From assembly GCF_009914755.1 (NCBI RefSeq), contig NC_060936.1: DNA of 64,000 nt. One strand, 5' to 3'. The translations under genes and the position numbers were made by a program. The notes under the pieces were generated by a model. It did no database searches and had not been told where the DNA came from. It saw only the letters and a program-made list of their open reading frames with translations. The DNA is from the human T2T-CHM13v2.0 reference genome, Homo sapiens. Position 1 is the first letter of the stretch. Each line of letters begins with the position of its first letter. Shown piece after piece: positions 13,250 to 25,678 of this stretch.

Positions 13250-15010
13250 ATTTTCTCCGCGCCTCTCTAATCTGCCAGGAAATAATTCAACGCAATTCGG
13301 GCTGAAGCGTGTGCCTCGCCGCCTGCGGTTGGGTCATGGCCCCTTCTGAGACTGCTCGGAAGTGGGAGAGGATGCTTGCCCTTACGGGTGTTCTGCCCCT
13401 GAGACTGGCGCCCCTTGGTGCTCCCTCTGTTCCCTCCCAGATCTTGGGAGAAGCACGGACATCTCTGTTTCTGCTTTTGGTCCCCGAACGCAGTTACGCG
13501 CCCACTGGCTCCCTGTCTCTGGCGCTTCTGGGCACGGGGGAGCTGGGGCGGCCCCGCCTGCGCACGGCGGTGCCGGGATTGGGGGCGGGCACGCCGCCTC
13601 CGTCTCCCACGCGCTCGCTCGCTCGCTCGCTCCCGCCCTCCCCGCCTCGAGCGATCTCCTGCCTCAGCCTTGCAGGCTCCGCACTGCAGATGCCTGCTGG
13701 CTTCCCTGCGCTCGGCGGCTCCCGCGGTGCCCCGTAAGTCCCCGTGACCCTCCAGCACCAGCCGGCTGTGCGCTCCCTGCTCCCACGGGCCGGTCAGCCG
13801 CAGACACTCACCCAGCTCCGCGAGCTCAGCCGCTCAGCGAGTGGGGTAGCGGGGACCGAGACGGACGGTAGCCGTGCCAGAGCCCGGGGCGCTCTCGGAT
13901 GCGGCAGGACAAGCTGACCGGGTCTCTGAGGCGCGGGGGGAGATGCCTGAAGCGGCAGGGCGGCGGCGTGGGCACCATCCTGAGCAATGTGCTCAAGAAG
14001 CGCAGCTGCATTTCCCGGACCGCGCCCCGGCTGCTGTGCACCCTGGAGCCGGGTGAGGACCCCAGGGCTGCAGATGGGGCGCTGTAAAGTAGCGCCGGGG
14101 CTGCCCGCGCTTCTGCCTTAGCCTGACTCCGTCTAGGCCGGGGAGCTCTGGGGAAAGTCCGCGTGCCACCTGGTGCGGGGCACCGCGTTGGCACCTGCAG
14201 GGAGCGATTGGTCTGGAAGGGTAGAGGGCAGACGGGGGCCTGGGTGGGGCAGCGGCCACCCCAGGCGCGGAGAACCCGCTGCTTCCACCCTCTCCCCGCG
14301 GACCCCCACCCTGCGGCCTGTGTGCTCGGCTTTCTCCGCGTGGCGGGGAAGTGCGGGTGGCTGCCCGGGCCCTCAGAGGCCGCACCACCTATTGTGTTCC
14401 AGGCTCGCAGGAAGCCAGACCTTGCGAGAGGTGTGTGGGGGCGGAGAGTGGCACAGGTTTGACACTGCAGGTCGGAGGAGGAAGACAGTGGCTGCAAAGG
14501 CAAAATCGGGTGTTATTTTCCCAAGAGTCCCTTCAGCGTGAGTGCCGGGGTCAGCTCGAACTGGAGCCTGTAATTTGTGAGTGCGAGTGGGGAGCAGCAG
14601 GAGATCCTTTTCATAGGTGAGGTCCAGGAACGAGCCTGGTCGTGCTAGGCAAGGCCCTTCCCACTGTCAGCCTGTGTTTACCCATCCCTGCTTCTCCAGA
14701 CTGCATAACTCCGTGTCGGCTCCATCACCCGGCATCCCTCCCCGGGATTTTAAGAGCCTGGCCCTAGCGCGGGCTCCTGGGCACGGAGGTTTCTGGCAAG
14801 GAGTGGCTGCAGAGGGAGTTGGCTGTACTCTCACTGGTGCTTGGCGCTCACCTGTTCCCTGGAGTGGCACCGGCTGCGTTCCAGGCGGGTTCACGGTCCC
14901 CGGCCCCCGCCCCCCAGCGCCAGCGCCTTGGGGACCTGCTGTAGAGCCGCAGGAGAATCGAGCTGCAGAGTCCCAAAGGGTGGGATGCGGCACTGCCTTT
15001 CCCAACCTCG
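13250..15010. promoter_or_regulatory. CpG island / TATA-less promoter of the short TBC1D30 isoform
   Basis: Abrupt rise in GC and CpG density, several GC boxes (GGGGCGG/CCGCCCC, e.g. 13581-13589), NRF1-like CGCCTGCGCA at 13555-13564, (GCTC)n run ~13612-13631; surrounds exon 1. CpG-rich shore continues to ~15680. Confidence 0.9.
13899..14052 (+). CDS. TBC1D30: TBC1D30 coding exon 1 (short isoform start)
   Basis: ATG at 13899, MRQDKLTGSLRRGGRCLKRQ...LCTLEPG, donor CCGG|GTGAGG, phase 1. Confidence 0.92.
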
Positions 15011-16186
15011 TGGTTTCTTTGTTGTTCTCCCCTAGGAAGTGTCTAGTTGCAGAGGCTGTAGTATTTATTCACCATCTTCCTTTACCTCTTTTTTTTTTCT
15101 TTTAAATCTCCTTCCCACGTTAAAAGTAAGTGTTTTGTATTTCTGAATCCGGAATAGCTGTGATTATCAGATGAAACATAAACCTTCTCTCTGCCCGTAT
15201 TCTGTTAGAAGAAAAGAAAAGTGGGGTGAAAGTGACCTGGTTTAAGCTTTTGCATGCAGGCGGCGAATCAATTTCAGTTAAATCCTCTTGCTCATTTTTG
15301 ATCATGAGAGGATAGTTGTGGTTTTGGCCAACTAACCCCTGCTGGGTTTCACTATGAGAAGGCAATCGGCATGATGCCCAGCAGGTGCCCCGGAAAAGTC
15401 AGAAGAGCATATTGGTCAGACATACAGGGAATCCTTGTAGTGTGGCAAGAATAAGTCAGCGCGGGACCGAATTTCCTGGTCTTTGTTATCAAGCAAACGT
15501 CATGATTATACGCTCCTCCATTCAGCACCTCGCGTCCGGACAGCAACCTCACTTGTTTTCAGCGTGCCTTAAAGCGTGCGCTGGGCTGGAAACACTCCCG
15601 TGGCCATTGTTATCACCGTTCTATGTTTGGGCAGGACTTCGTTTAAACCACCTCAGAGAGAGGCGGATCCATGTGGTACTTAATATTCCTTCGGAGAAAA
15701 AAAAAACTTATCTATCCAGGCAGAGTATGGTTATGGCCCTGAAGCTTTAAAAAGAAATATCAAGGCATTGATTGGATGCCTGGGATTCTCTGCCACAGCT
15801 TACTTTGGAAACCTAGGACCCAACTCAGGAATTTACAGCGCTCTTCCAGGGTTCCAAGAACACCTGCATACTGATATGGGCTTGCAAAAATCAGATACAT
15901 CTCTTTCCAGCTTCTTGACTCCGTGTATATATATATTTTTTAAAAGACCAGTCTACTTGATTACTTACTATTATTTCATAAATTCTGAAGATTGCTCCTA
16001 TTCATACCAACCACTAAGAAGTGGAAGTTGTGGAGAAGTTTTTAGTACACCTAATCTACAATCAACAATCTTAGAAACAAAAATGCCATCATTTGACTTT
16101 TGAAATTTGTAAAACTTAATGTTATTGATAGTATTTGGCATTTCTTGGTCCTTGAACTTTTGGGCAATAATTCCTTTAAAAAATGG

Positions 16187-16490
16187 GGCCGGGTGCCGTG
16201 GCTCATGTCTGTAATCCTAGCACTTTAGGAGGCTGAGGCAGGTGGATCACTTCAGATCAGGAGTTTCAGATCAGCCTGACCAACATGACGAAACCCTGTT
16301 CTACAAAAAATACAAAAATTAGCTGTGCGTGGTAGCACGTGCCTATAATCCCAGCTATTTGGGAGGCTGAGGTGGGAGGATTGCTTAAGCCCAGGAATCC
16401 AAGGCTGCATTGTGCTATGATTGTGCCTGTGAATAGCCACTATACTTCAGCCTGGGTGATATATTGAGACTGTATCTCTTAAAAAGAAGA
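16187..16490 (+). mobile_element. AluJ
   Basis: Dimeric Alu in intron 1. Confidence 0.93.
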
Positions 16491-16853
16491 AAAGGAATTG
16501 AGACTGAGATAGGTTAGATAAATTGTTTCAGTCTAGGAACCAAGTCGAATGGAGGACTGTATGACTCCAAGCCTGTGGTGTCATTTTTTGTTTTTGTTTT
16601 TGCTTTTGTGGTACTCCAGGCATCTATGTAAACCACCGTCATATGTAGTAAGGCACTTTCTATTGCTGTAGGGTATTTTCCTATTTTAAGAATCAATATG
16701 CTTACCTTTTGGCAAAATTGACTAAAATTTAGTAAAGATACATACTTTAAAAAAAATTGTGATGATTCAGTAGAATCAAGCTTTTACTAGTATTTTTGAT
16801 ATAACTTGTTATAGTCTCCAAAAATAACATCTATTTATGTATTTTTCTTTCAG

Positions 16854-16915
16854 GAGTTGATACCAAGTTGAAATTCACTCTTGAGCCATCTTTAGGTCAA
16901 AATGGTTTTCAGCAG
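16854..16915 (+). CDS. TBC1D30: TBC1D30 exon 2
   Basis: ttttctttcag|GA..., VDTKLKFTLEPSLGQNGFQQ, CAG|gtaact; 62 nt. Confidence 0.95.
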
Positions 16916-17462
16916 GTAACTTTGATTTTGAAAACACTCTTCTTTTGGGGTTACCAACAGGGCACATTGAGATATATTCTCAAAGTGGAAATAACGTATT
17001 CTTTGATATGAATGTGAAGATGAGTCACTTCAACAATATTTCAGTTAAAGTAGCTTTTGAGCTACAAGTGGCCTGGGTTTATATTTGCAGTGACAAATTT
17101 TGCACTTTCTATTAATGGTACATGTGTGAAAAATTTTAAAATGAATAAATTTCACACCTGTACCATAATGTCTTTTATTCTGAACCCCATAATATATATT
17201 TTGGCTTATTAACCAGAGCTTCCCAACCATTTTGTTTGTACTGCAAAGGGGTCACAGATGTGTTAAGGGTGCCCAAGGGGTGGGACGTGGCACAGTAATA
17301 GCCATGGACTGATCACTTCTGTCTGAAAGAAGCTTTGACTGTTTACCCCATTGTGCTGTGCAAATTTCAGCACATTCTATGAATGTCAAGATGGGAAAAA
17401 GATTGCAAAGTGCTTATCTAGGTCACTGTGATCACCTCCTGGGATTTCTTCTTTGTTCCTAG

Positions 17463-17528
17463 TGGTACGATGCTCTCAAGGCAGTTGCCAGGCTATCCAC
17501 AGGAATACCAAAGGAATGGAGGAGAAAG
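17463..17528 (+). CDS. TBC1D30: TBC1D30 exon 3
   Basis: ttgttcctag|TGG, WYDALKAVARLSTGIPKEWRRK, AAG|gtaagg; 66 nt; GIP..WR is the typical TBC domain start. Confidence 0.95.
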
Positions 17529-17639
17529 GTAAGGAGGACTCATAGGGCTAGAATACAGAAGGATCATCACTGCCCTTCTTTAGAGGCTCTGGAATGTCAA
17601 AAAATATATTCTAGGTTTAGTTACTTGAAAACCTGTCTT

Positions 17640-18670
17640 GATTATTCATTCATGCAATAAATATTTATTGATTATTCTGTGCCAAGTAATGTTCTAGGTT
17701 CTAGGGATATAGCAATGGAAAAAAACAAAACAGACCAAAGTTTTTTGTCCTCATGGAGCTTACAATGAATAAAATATAAAGTATGTCAGATGGTAATAAG
17801 TGCCATGGATAAAAATAAAGTGTAGAGAGAAATAAAGAGCGTTTAGGAGAAAAGGGGTAAGGAGGTGGAATTTTAAATAGCAAGGTGACATTTGAGTAGG
17901 CCCCTGAAGGAGGTGAGAAGCCAGCCATGCAAGTACCTGGGAGGAGATACTCCAGGCAGAGGGAACAGCCAGCGCAAGCACCCTCAGCCCTCAGGCGGGA
18001 GCATCTTGCATCTGGGTTGTATTCAAGCAAAGATGGGGTGGGGCGGGGCTGGGGCACAGTGAACAAAGGGGGAAGCAATAGGTGAGGGGGTCATAGAGGT
18101 AATGTGGTGGGTTGAGGGGTGGCAGATCGTGGAGAACCTGGTGGGCTATCATAGGTCTTGGGCTTTTGCTCAGTGTGAGCTAGGAAGCACTGGGAAGTTT
18201 TGAGCAGGGGAGTGACATGATCTGACTTTTATTATGAACGGGCTACTCTGGGTACTGACTTGAGAATATGAGAGACAAGGGCTGAAGTAGGGAGACCAGT
18301 AGGAGACTTGCAGTAGCTCAGGCAACAGATGCATCAGGGTTGTGGTAGTGGAGATGGAAATCCTAGACGTATTTTGAAGGCTGAGCTTACATGAATTCCT
18401 CTTGGACTGAATATAAGGTATAAAAGGGATGTCAAAGATGACTTCAGGATTTTGGCCTGAGTGATTGGGAGGTAGAATTACTGTTTACTCAGATGGGAGG
18501 AGTAGGTGAGGTGTGTGTGTGTCTGTACGTGTAGGTAGGGTAGGTGGTGGAATAAGTGATTGGTTTTGGATCTGTTAAGGTTGACATGCCTATTAGATAT
18601 CTAATTTGAAGGTATCAAGTGAGCATTTGGATATATGCTTCTGAGGTTAGGAGAGAAGTCTGGCTGGATA
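17640..18670 (-). mobile_element. L2 fragment
   Basis: ATTCATTCATGCAATAAATATTTATTG 3' end followed by typical L2 body (GGTGACATTTGAGTAGG, TTTGAGCAGGGGAGTGACATGATCTGAC). Confidence 0.8.
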
Positions 18671-19395
18671 TATAAATCAATGTTTATTTCTGCTAAATCA
18701 TGTTTAAATACCAAAACTTGAAATACACACTTAGGATATTAATTTATAAGCCTAATCTTTATATTTCTAGAATTTGAAAATTGAGGGTTCCTCAAAATAG
18801 TCATGAAAATGACATTATGAAATATAACTTTCAGAAACAGATTTTCTGGATAAGATAATCAAAGGGTAAAAATATCCAGTGGCTCTTTTAAAAAACTTAC
18901 TCATTATGGGAGCCCATCTGTCAGTTTTGTGTATGTGTGTGAGAGGGATGGTTTAAAGGCAGAGGCCACTCCATGGTGAAAAAAAGCCCCATTCACCATG
19001 AGTGACCAGATGGCTCTTGCCTAAGTATGGAGAGCAATACAGAGCCAAGTAAAACAAGCTTATGAGATTATACAGGTTATTCAATGAACAGAAATACAAT
19101 TTGAAAATCTTCTTGGTTTGTCTTTCTAACAGTATCCCTAATGCCTGGATTGCTGCTTGACACATAGTGGGAACTCAACAAATATTTATTGAAAGAGTAA
19201 ATGAAAGGCCCTAAATGGTGCAAATCAGTGCAACAAACATTTCAGTGAGACTCTTGTAGATTTCTACTTATGAGCGATAGATAGCTGGTCTAGGGACACT
19301 TCCCATTTTCTTGTCGAATGCAATAACTACTTTCTAATAAAGGTGAAGTTATATATTCTACTTTGGCATTCTCCTTTGTCTATGTAATATTTTAG

Positions 19396-19521
19396 GTTTG
19401 GTTGACCTTGGCAGATCATTATTTGCACAGTATAGCCATTGACTGGGACAAAACCATGCGCTTCACTTTCAATGAAAGGAGTAATCCTGATGATGACTCC
19501 ATGGGAATTCAGATAGTCAAG
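19396..19521 (+). CDS. TBC1D30: TBC1D30 exon 4
   Basis: attttag|GTT, VWLTLADHYLHSIAIDWDKTMRFTFNERSNPDDDSMGIQIVK, AAG|gtaatg; 126 nt. Confidence 0.95.
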
Positions 19522-21137
19522 GTAATGCCCCTGAACTTGGCCTGTCATCCTAATATAGAAGAAAGACTCTAAAAGCCAGTTGCTTTTTGGACAGAGGATC
19601 AAATGATCTCTACCTTCTGGTTTGAATGTCTGTATATTTTCTGCCTTCTCATTTCATTAGCTTTTTCATGGGGAACCTTGACAATGTGTTGTCTGCATAA
19701 ATTTAAATGTTACCGGTAAGAAGAAAATATTTGCAAATGAGCTTTCATTCACATTCAACTTATTAATCTTCCTCACACTATAGGAAGGACGCTTTGTCAT
19801 GGGTCAATGATGCCAACTGGATTTTTATATAAAAGTCACTGATTGAAAAAGTTAGTTAAGTATATTTCATATGAGAATGATTTGGTTCTTATTAGGGTCT
19901 TTGATAGTTTCTTAACTGCCAATTTCTAAAGACAGGTTCACAGGTGGGGCCTACTTCCAACCAAATACTTGTGGGTTCAAGCCAGCTGTGTAGGCAGTTG
20001 TGGCTCGCTTACCTGGATTATTACAGTTGAACAGAGCCTGGTGCTAAAAGCCAAGGATACTGATTCTGTTTGATCCCAGTATTATCCTCTTACATAAGGC
20101 TCTAGCACATGGTTTTTGATTTTATATGAGTACATTACAGTGTGATACTCAGCTGGGGTTTTAAAAGGAAAGTTGTTTCATCCAAATTTTGGCCACCTCA
20201 AGATGGCTAATGTTTTGGCATATTTGGAGGTTTTTTTTTAAGGAGGAAGTACTAACTAAAATGAGCTACTTTCTGTTCTAACTTGGTTTCAGACAAATGC
20301 TAAAAAAGTTATGCAATTTTACATTGTGTACTAAAAAGCCTTTGCATTATTCACATTTAAGCTATATATTTGGAATTTTAGAATATGTTTCGCAGAGATG
20401 AAGTATCTCATATTTGAAATATTTCCTTTTTGTCTAACTGGTGAATTAAGGCAATGCACCTTTTGTAACAATCATCTTTTAAGAGTATCTTTTGTTTTCT
20501 CATTGAAGTGAATGCTGTGTCAGTTAATGACTTCAGCTCTTGAAAATTGTAGTTCCTGCTTAGTAATTAAATTATAGATATTGCCTTCATTAAAGCATAG
20601 CAAATATTTCTGTCTTTCTTATATACATTCATAAAATAATTTGAATAGAATGATTTTTCTCTCTATAATCACATTTTTTGCTATTTTGATTTCACTCCTT
20701 TATGTTATTTAGAGTTTTGATAGCTAAATATTATACTTTATTTGTAGAAAGGAAGAATGTTAGCCTCGATCATACATGTATTGTGATGACTATTGTTTTA
20801 CCTGAGAAATATTATTAAAACAATCAATTTACATGAAATTATAATGTAATTATTGTTAATTCTGAGCTACTTTTTGTGGTAATCCTGGAAACGTTTTAAG
20901 TTGAAAATTTGCCTGACTGAAATTCCCCTTGCAAATCTCTCTTAAACAGCATATTACAAAATATTATGAAAAAGAAAGCTAAAAATGCATTTTGGCTCAT
21001 ATGTATAAAAACATACACATTTTAAAAAAATTTTATGTCGATGATTTGACTCTGTTTATTGAGTCAAAAAAAAAAGGTATTGTTTTGGAAAGAATATTAG
21101 GAGTTATTTTTGAAAATATTGTTTCCCTTCCATTTAG

Positions 21138-21323
21138 GACCTTCACCGCACAGGCTGTAGTTCTTACTGTGGCCAGGAGGCTGAGCAGGACAGGGTTGTG
21201 TTGAAGCGGGTGCTGCTGGCCTATGCCCGATGGAACAAAACTGTTGGGTACTGCCAAGGCTTTAACATCCTGGCTGCACTAATTCTGGAAGTGATGGAAG
21301 GCAATGAAGGGGATGCCCTGAAA
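21138..21323 (+). CDS. TBC1D30: TBC1D30 exon 5 (catalytic R and Q fingers)
   Basis: ccatttag|GAC, DLHRTGCSSYCG...LKRVLLAYARWNKTVGYCQGFNILAALILEVMEGNEGDALK, AAA|gtgagt; 186 nt. Confidence 0.97.
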
Positions 21324-21579
21324 GTGAGTAGCAGGCTCTGACAAAGGCCATGGACATTCTTCTGAGAGTGAGAAATTGGAACCATAATTTCTCTTCCTTG
21401 ATGTCTCATCCTTTTCCAAGGTGTTTGCCACACCTTTGTAATGACCTATGATAGCATTTCCTCCAGGTTAGAGCCATGTCAAGTGACAGATTCATGTAGC
21501 TGCCAACTATGAGGCAAATGATTATGTATTTAGTCTCATTTATAAGACATCATATTTTTAAAGCAAGTTAAATATTAAT

Positions 21580-22112
21580 TGTATTAATTATTCATTGCTG
21601 TTCAACAAATTAGCTGCTTAAAACAGCAAATGTATTATCTTACAGTTTCTTTGCGTCAGAAATCTAGGCACAGCCTAACTGCCTCAAGGACACATCACTG
21701 TTGCTGTTGGTTGGTGTTGCGATCTCATCTGAAGGCTCAATTGGGGGTGGGCATTGGCTTTCGAGTTTGTTTATGTGGTTGTTAGCAAGATTTAATTCCT
21801 CACAGGCTGTTGGACTGAGGCCATGGTTCCTTGCTGGCTGTTGACTGGAGGCCTTTTATAGTTCCTTGCCATGTAGCCTCTCCATCTCTCAACCCAGTGG
21901 CTGGCACCCCCAAAGTGAACATGAGAGTAAAAGATAGTGAGCAAGGCAAAAGAGTTTAAGTTACAGATTTGTAGCCAAACATCAGAAGTGACATCCCACT
22001 ATATTTCCATATTCTGTTCTTTAGAAGCCAGTCACCAGGTTCAGCTTATAGTCAAGGAGAAGGGCTCATACAAGGGTGTGACTCAGGGGTCATGTTAGAA
22101 CTGCCTCCCACA
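21580..22112 (-). mobile_element. MLT1-family MaLR LTR
   Basis: GCTTAAAACAGCAAATGTATTATCTTACAGTTTCT...TGGACTGAGG...AGAAGTGACATCCCAC...CTGCCTCCCACA signature. Confidence 0.7.
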
Positions 22113-23417
22113 CTAGTTATGCTTAATTTTGATTGGATTGCCTTATTGAGTTGCTTTACTCTTTCATATTTGGAGCAAGATATGGAGGAGTTGGGCTGAG
22201 AGTGAGTGTCTAAGGAAGGTGTTTGCATGGAGAAGCATTATGGAATTGACTTACATTAATATCTTTTAATCTTTGATGCCTACGACCTTTATTAGTTAAA
22301 ACAAATTTTAAAAACATGTTGAGATGGGGCACTAGTGATTTAAGCTTAGTTTGCATGTGTGTCAGTGAGTCACCAGAAATAGAGTGCTTATGAGAAATGA
22401 AGCATTTTAAATGTGGAGGCTAATGCCTATTTGCTTAAGGCAATGTGGGATTACTAATTCATATTTGAACCTTTAAACTGCTCTTGATTGCAATGCTTTG
22501 TGATGTATGAGATAGATACTTAGTCTTCGTGTTCAAGAACCGCCCCCCGACACAACCCCACTCCCAACAACTTGTGTTTGACTATGGTGAATACCTTATT
22601 GATACTGTCAATCACTGATTAATGTGATGTGGAAAAATAAACAAATGTTCCTCTTGGTTTTATACAAATGATGGTGGACTAGTTATAAATCCAGCTTGAC
22701 ATGATCTAAATCTGTATTCAACCTCTCACTTTTTCCATTGATGTATTTAAGGAAGCAGCTTTGAAGTTACTTGTTCATCAAAAAGGTGAGGGTAGGAGAG
22801 GGAGGAAGGCAGTGACAAATACATGACTTTAAGATGTTTTTTATTAAGAAGCAATTTTGTTTACTCAGTCTATCAGCTTTCATCAGTTTTTTTTTTTCAG
22901 ATGGAATTGGTATGATGATAAAATGGGAATTGTTTTCTAGAGCAATTGGAATAAGTGAATCAAGTTAGGGGGTCGGATGGAGATGTTCAGGGAAGGAAAT
23001 GTACATGCCAATCAAATTATAAAAGGGCTCAGTAATACTTGAGAAACTGGAAATTAAAAACTCACGTAAAAATATGGATTAGATAAAGATGAGAAACTGA
23101 ATATTTCAGCCCCCACGAAAATGGGCTCCATGCAATGAGATGATGTCATCATCCTTTAAGAGTGTATAGATCTTGTGTTTAGACATTTAATATGCAGAGG
23201 AAGGTTGGCTTCATGAAGAAACACTTCTGATGTTGAGGAAAATATTGGACATCTATTTTTTCAGCATGGCCTCTACAAGTCATAATTACTAAGGAAACAT
23301 ATAGTTTATTAGAAATAGGTGAACCATTTTTCCTGCTATTTAGCACTTAAGTTTTTACTTAGCAAATCTTTCATTTTCAACCTTTTGTTAAAAATTCAGA
23401 GCTCTCCCATTATTTAG

Positions 23418-23751
<334 letters not shown>

Positions 23752-25509
23752 GATCTAAGATTTGACCTTGGAAATACAGTGGTGGGTGGTTTGAGTGAGC
23801 TGGCTCTATGTCTTCACATCAGACATTGAGATGCCTTCAGATAGAGAATTTCACTGTCACAGGAATTAGTATGATAATTGAAGAATTTTTTTTTTGCTTG
23901 TTTTCATGTAATTTTGAGAGATCATAATTTCTCAATAAAAACCAAATATCTTTCTCAGCATTATGTCTTATCCTTAGATGAAAAATACAACAGTTGTCAG
24001 TGTACATCCTTTACGTCTGCATTCATGATCCTGTAAATTCCTCTAATCCTGATCCATAGAGTGCTAGGTTCCTGCAAGGGTACTCTACCATGCTGAAACT
24101 TGCTCTCCTCATCAGCTGCTGCCTCCCAGAACCTCCTCTTCCCGCAGAGACAGAATTTACTCCTTTCTTGTTGCTGAGCTCTTATTTGCAAGATGATGTT
24201 ACGTGTACCTGGTAAATTTTATCCTAACATAAGAAGGCTAAGGCCTTCTGGGTCTGGCCACCTTACAGCAAAGGAGAGGGTCCTCCTCAAGAGCATGCCC
24301 CTGCCCTACTGACTCGTTCAAAACTGTGACCCTGAAAAGTGGAAATTATAAGCTGGGGAGGAGGGGAAAATGGGCCCTTGGCAGGGTGGGAGATTTTTGT
24401 TTTTGTGGGGCGGGTTAGGGGGTGGAAATAGAGTTTTATAGTATCCTGAGTGTCAAAATGTGAGATAGCTACTTTTCCATCGACATAGAGCCCATTATAT
24501 ATATAGAACCAGTTATGATTTTGTTCTTAATTTTGTTTTTCTGGTGCTTTTGGGAAGGAGCTGGTCTTTTAGGGAATGGGTCAGGTACATAGCATGCCAG
24601 ACCTTTTAAGAATGAAGCCACCTGAATTAGCACGTGGATGCTCTTCAGAGAACTGCAAACAAAGAAAGTAGAGGTAGTGATTCAATACTATTATAACTCT
24701 GAAAATATCTGACTTCTCCGATTCCACTGTACAAATGAGCCTAAACATTGAATGGAAATACATGGTTCCAGGTATTTTTGTTGGTAAGAGTTTGGTGGGA
24801 AAGAACCAGGGATTGACATACAGAGCTCGTATGTGTTTGGCTGGGTCATTCTAGAGGTTCTTGACATTTTAGGAAAGGTAATACAAGTAGAAAAATCAAA
24901 ATGAAAATAGCAATTTGAAGAACCTCTATAACAACCTTATGAAAGAAATACAGATTCTGAAAAGTACTATTTGTTCAAGCAAAGCATAGTTGCATTTTCC
25001 CAGGAAGCGGACAAAGAGCCAACATGAGTTGCTCTAATAGCCCAGGTTGATGGTGAGTAAATCTTGAGAGCTGCTTCAGTGGGGGTGTTTTATGATAGGC
25101 CTGCTCTTAGTTTTCATATTGAGGTTGTAAAACTGTGCTGACATCAAGGAGCCAATACTGAGGCTCTGCTGGCTGCTGCACAAGCTTGGGCTTTGTCATT
25201 TCTCAGAATGACGCTAAGGGTTGCATAATCACAGCTACTTATGGGCCGAACTCAGGTCTAGCAACCCATCTAGAAATTTCAGACAGCAGCGGACTTGGGG
25301 TCTGAGTTACTTAGATGATTATGCCACATGCTCCCTAGCCAGGCTGTAGGAGAGCCTTGTAAATCTGGAACATTTGGTACTGATGCATTTAAGGATAGCG
25401 TGCTTTGGCTAACAGCGTTTTATCTATTTGAATACTTATTTTCTCTTTAGGACGTGTTGGGATCCCAGTTTTTACAAAGCAGTCTTAAGCTTTATCTTTT
25501 TTTCTTTAG

Positions 25510-25678
25510 ATTATGATTTACCTTATTGATAAGGTACTTCCCGAAAGCTATTTCGTCAATAATCTCCGGGCATTGTCTGTGGATATGGCTGTCTTCAGAG
25601 ACCTTTTAAGAATGAAGCTGCCGGAATTATCTCAGCACCTGGATACTCTTCAGAGAACTGCAAACAAAGAAAGTGGAG
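25510..25678 (+). CDS. TBC1D30: TBC1D30 exon 6
   Basis: tttctttag|ATT, IMIYLIDKVLPESYFVNNLRALSVDMAVFRDLLRMKLPELSQHLDTLQRTANKESG, GAG|gtaggt; 169 nt. Confidence 0.96.

Noticed and set aside
13267-15105. Many long overlapping ORFs (up to 225 aa) on both strands
   Set aside because: Expected from stop-codon scarcity in a CpG island; low-complexity R/P/G/A content, mostly non-ATG starts. Only 13899-14052 splices into a coherent protein.
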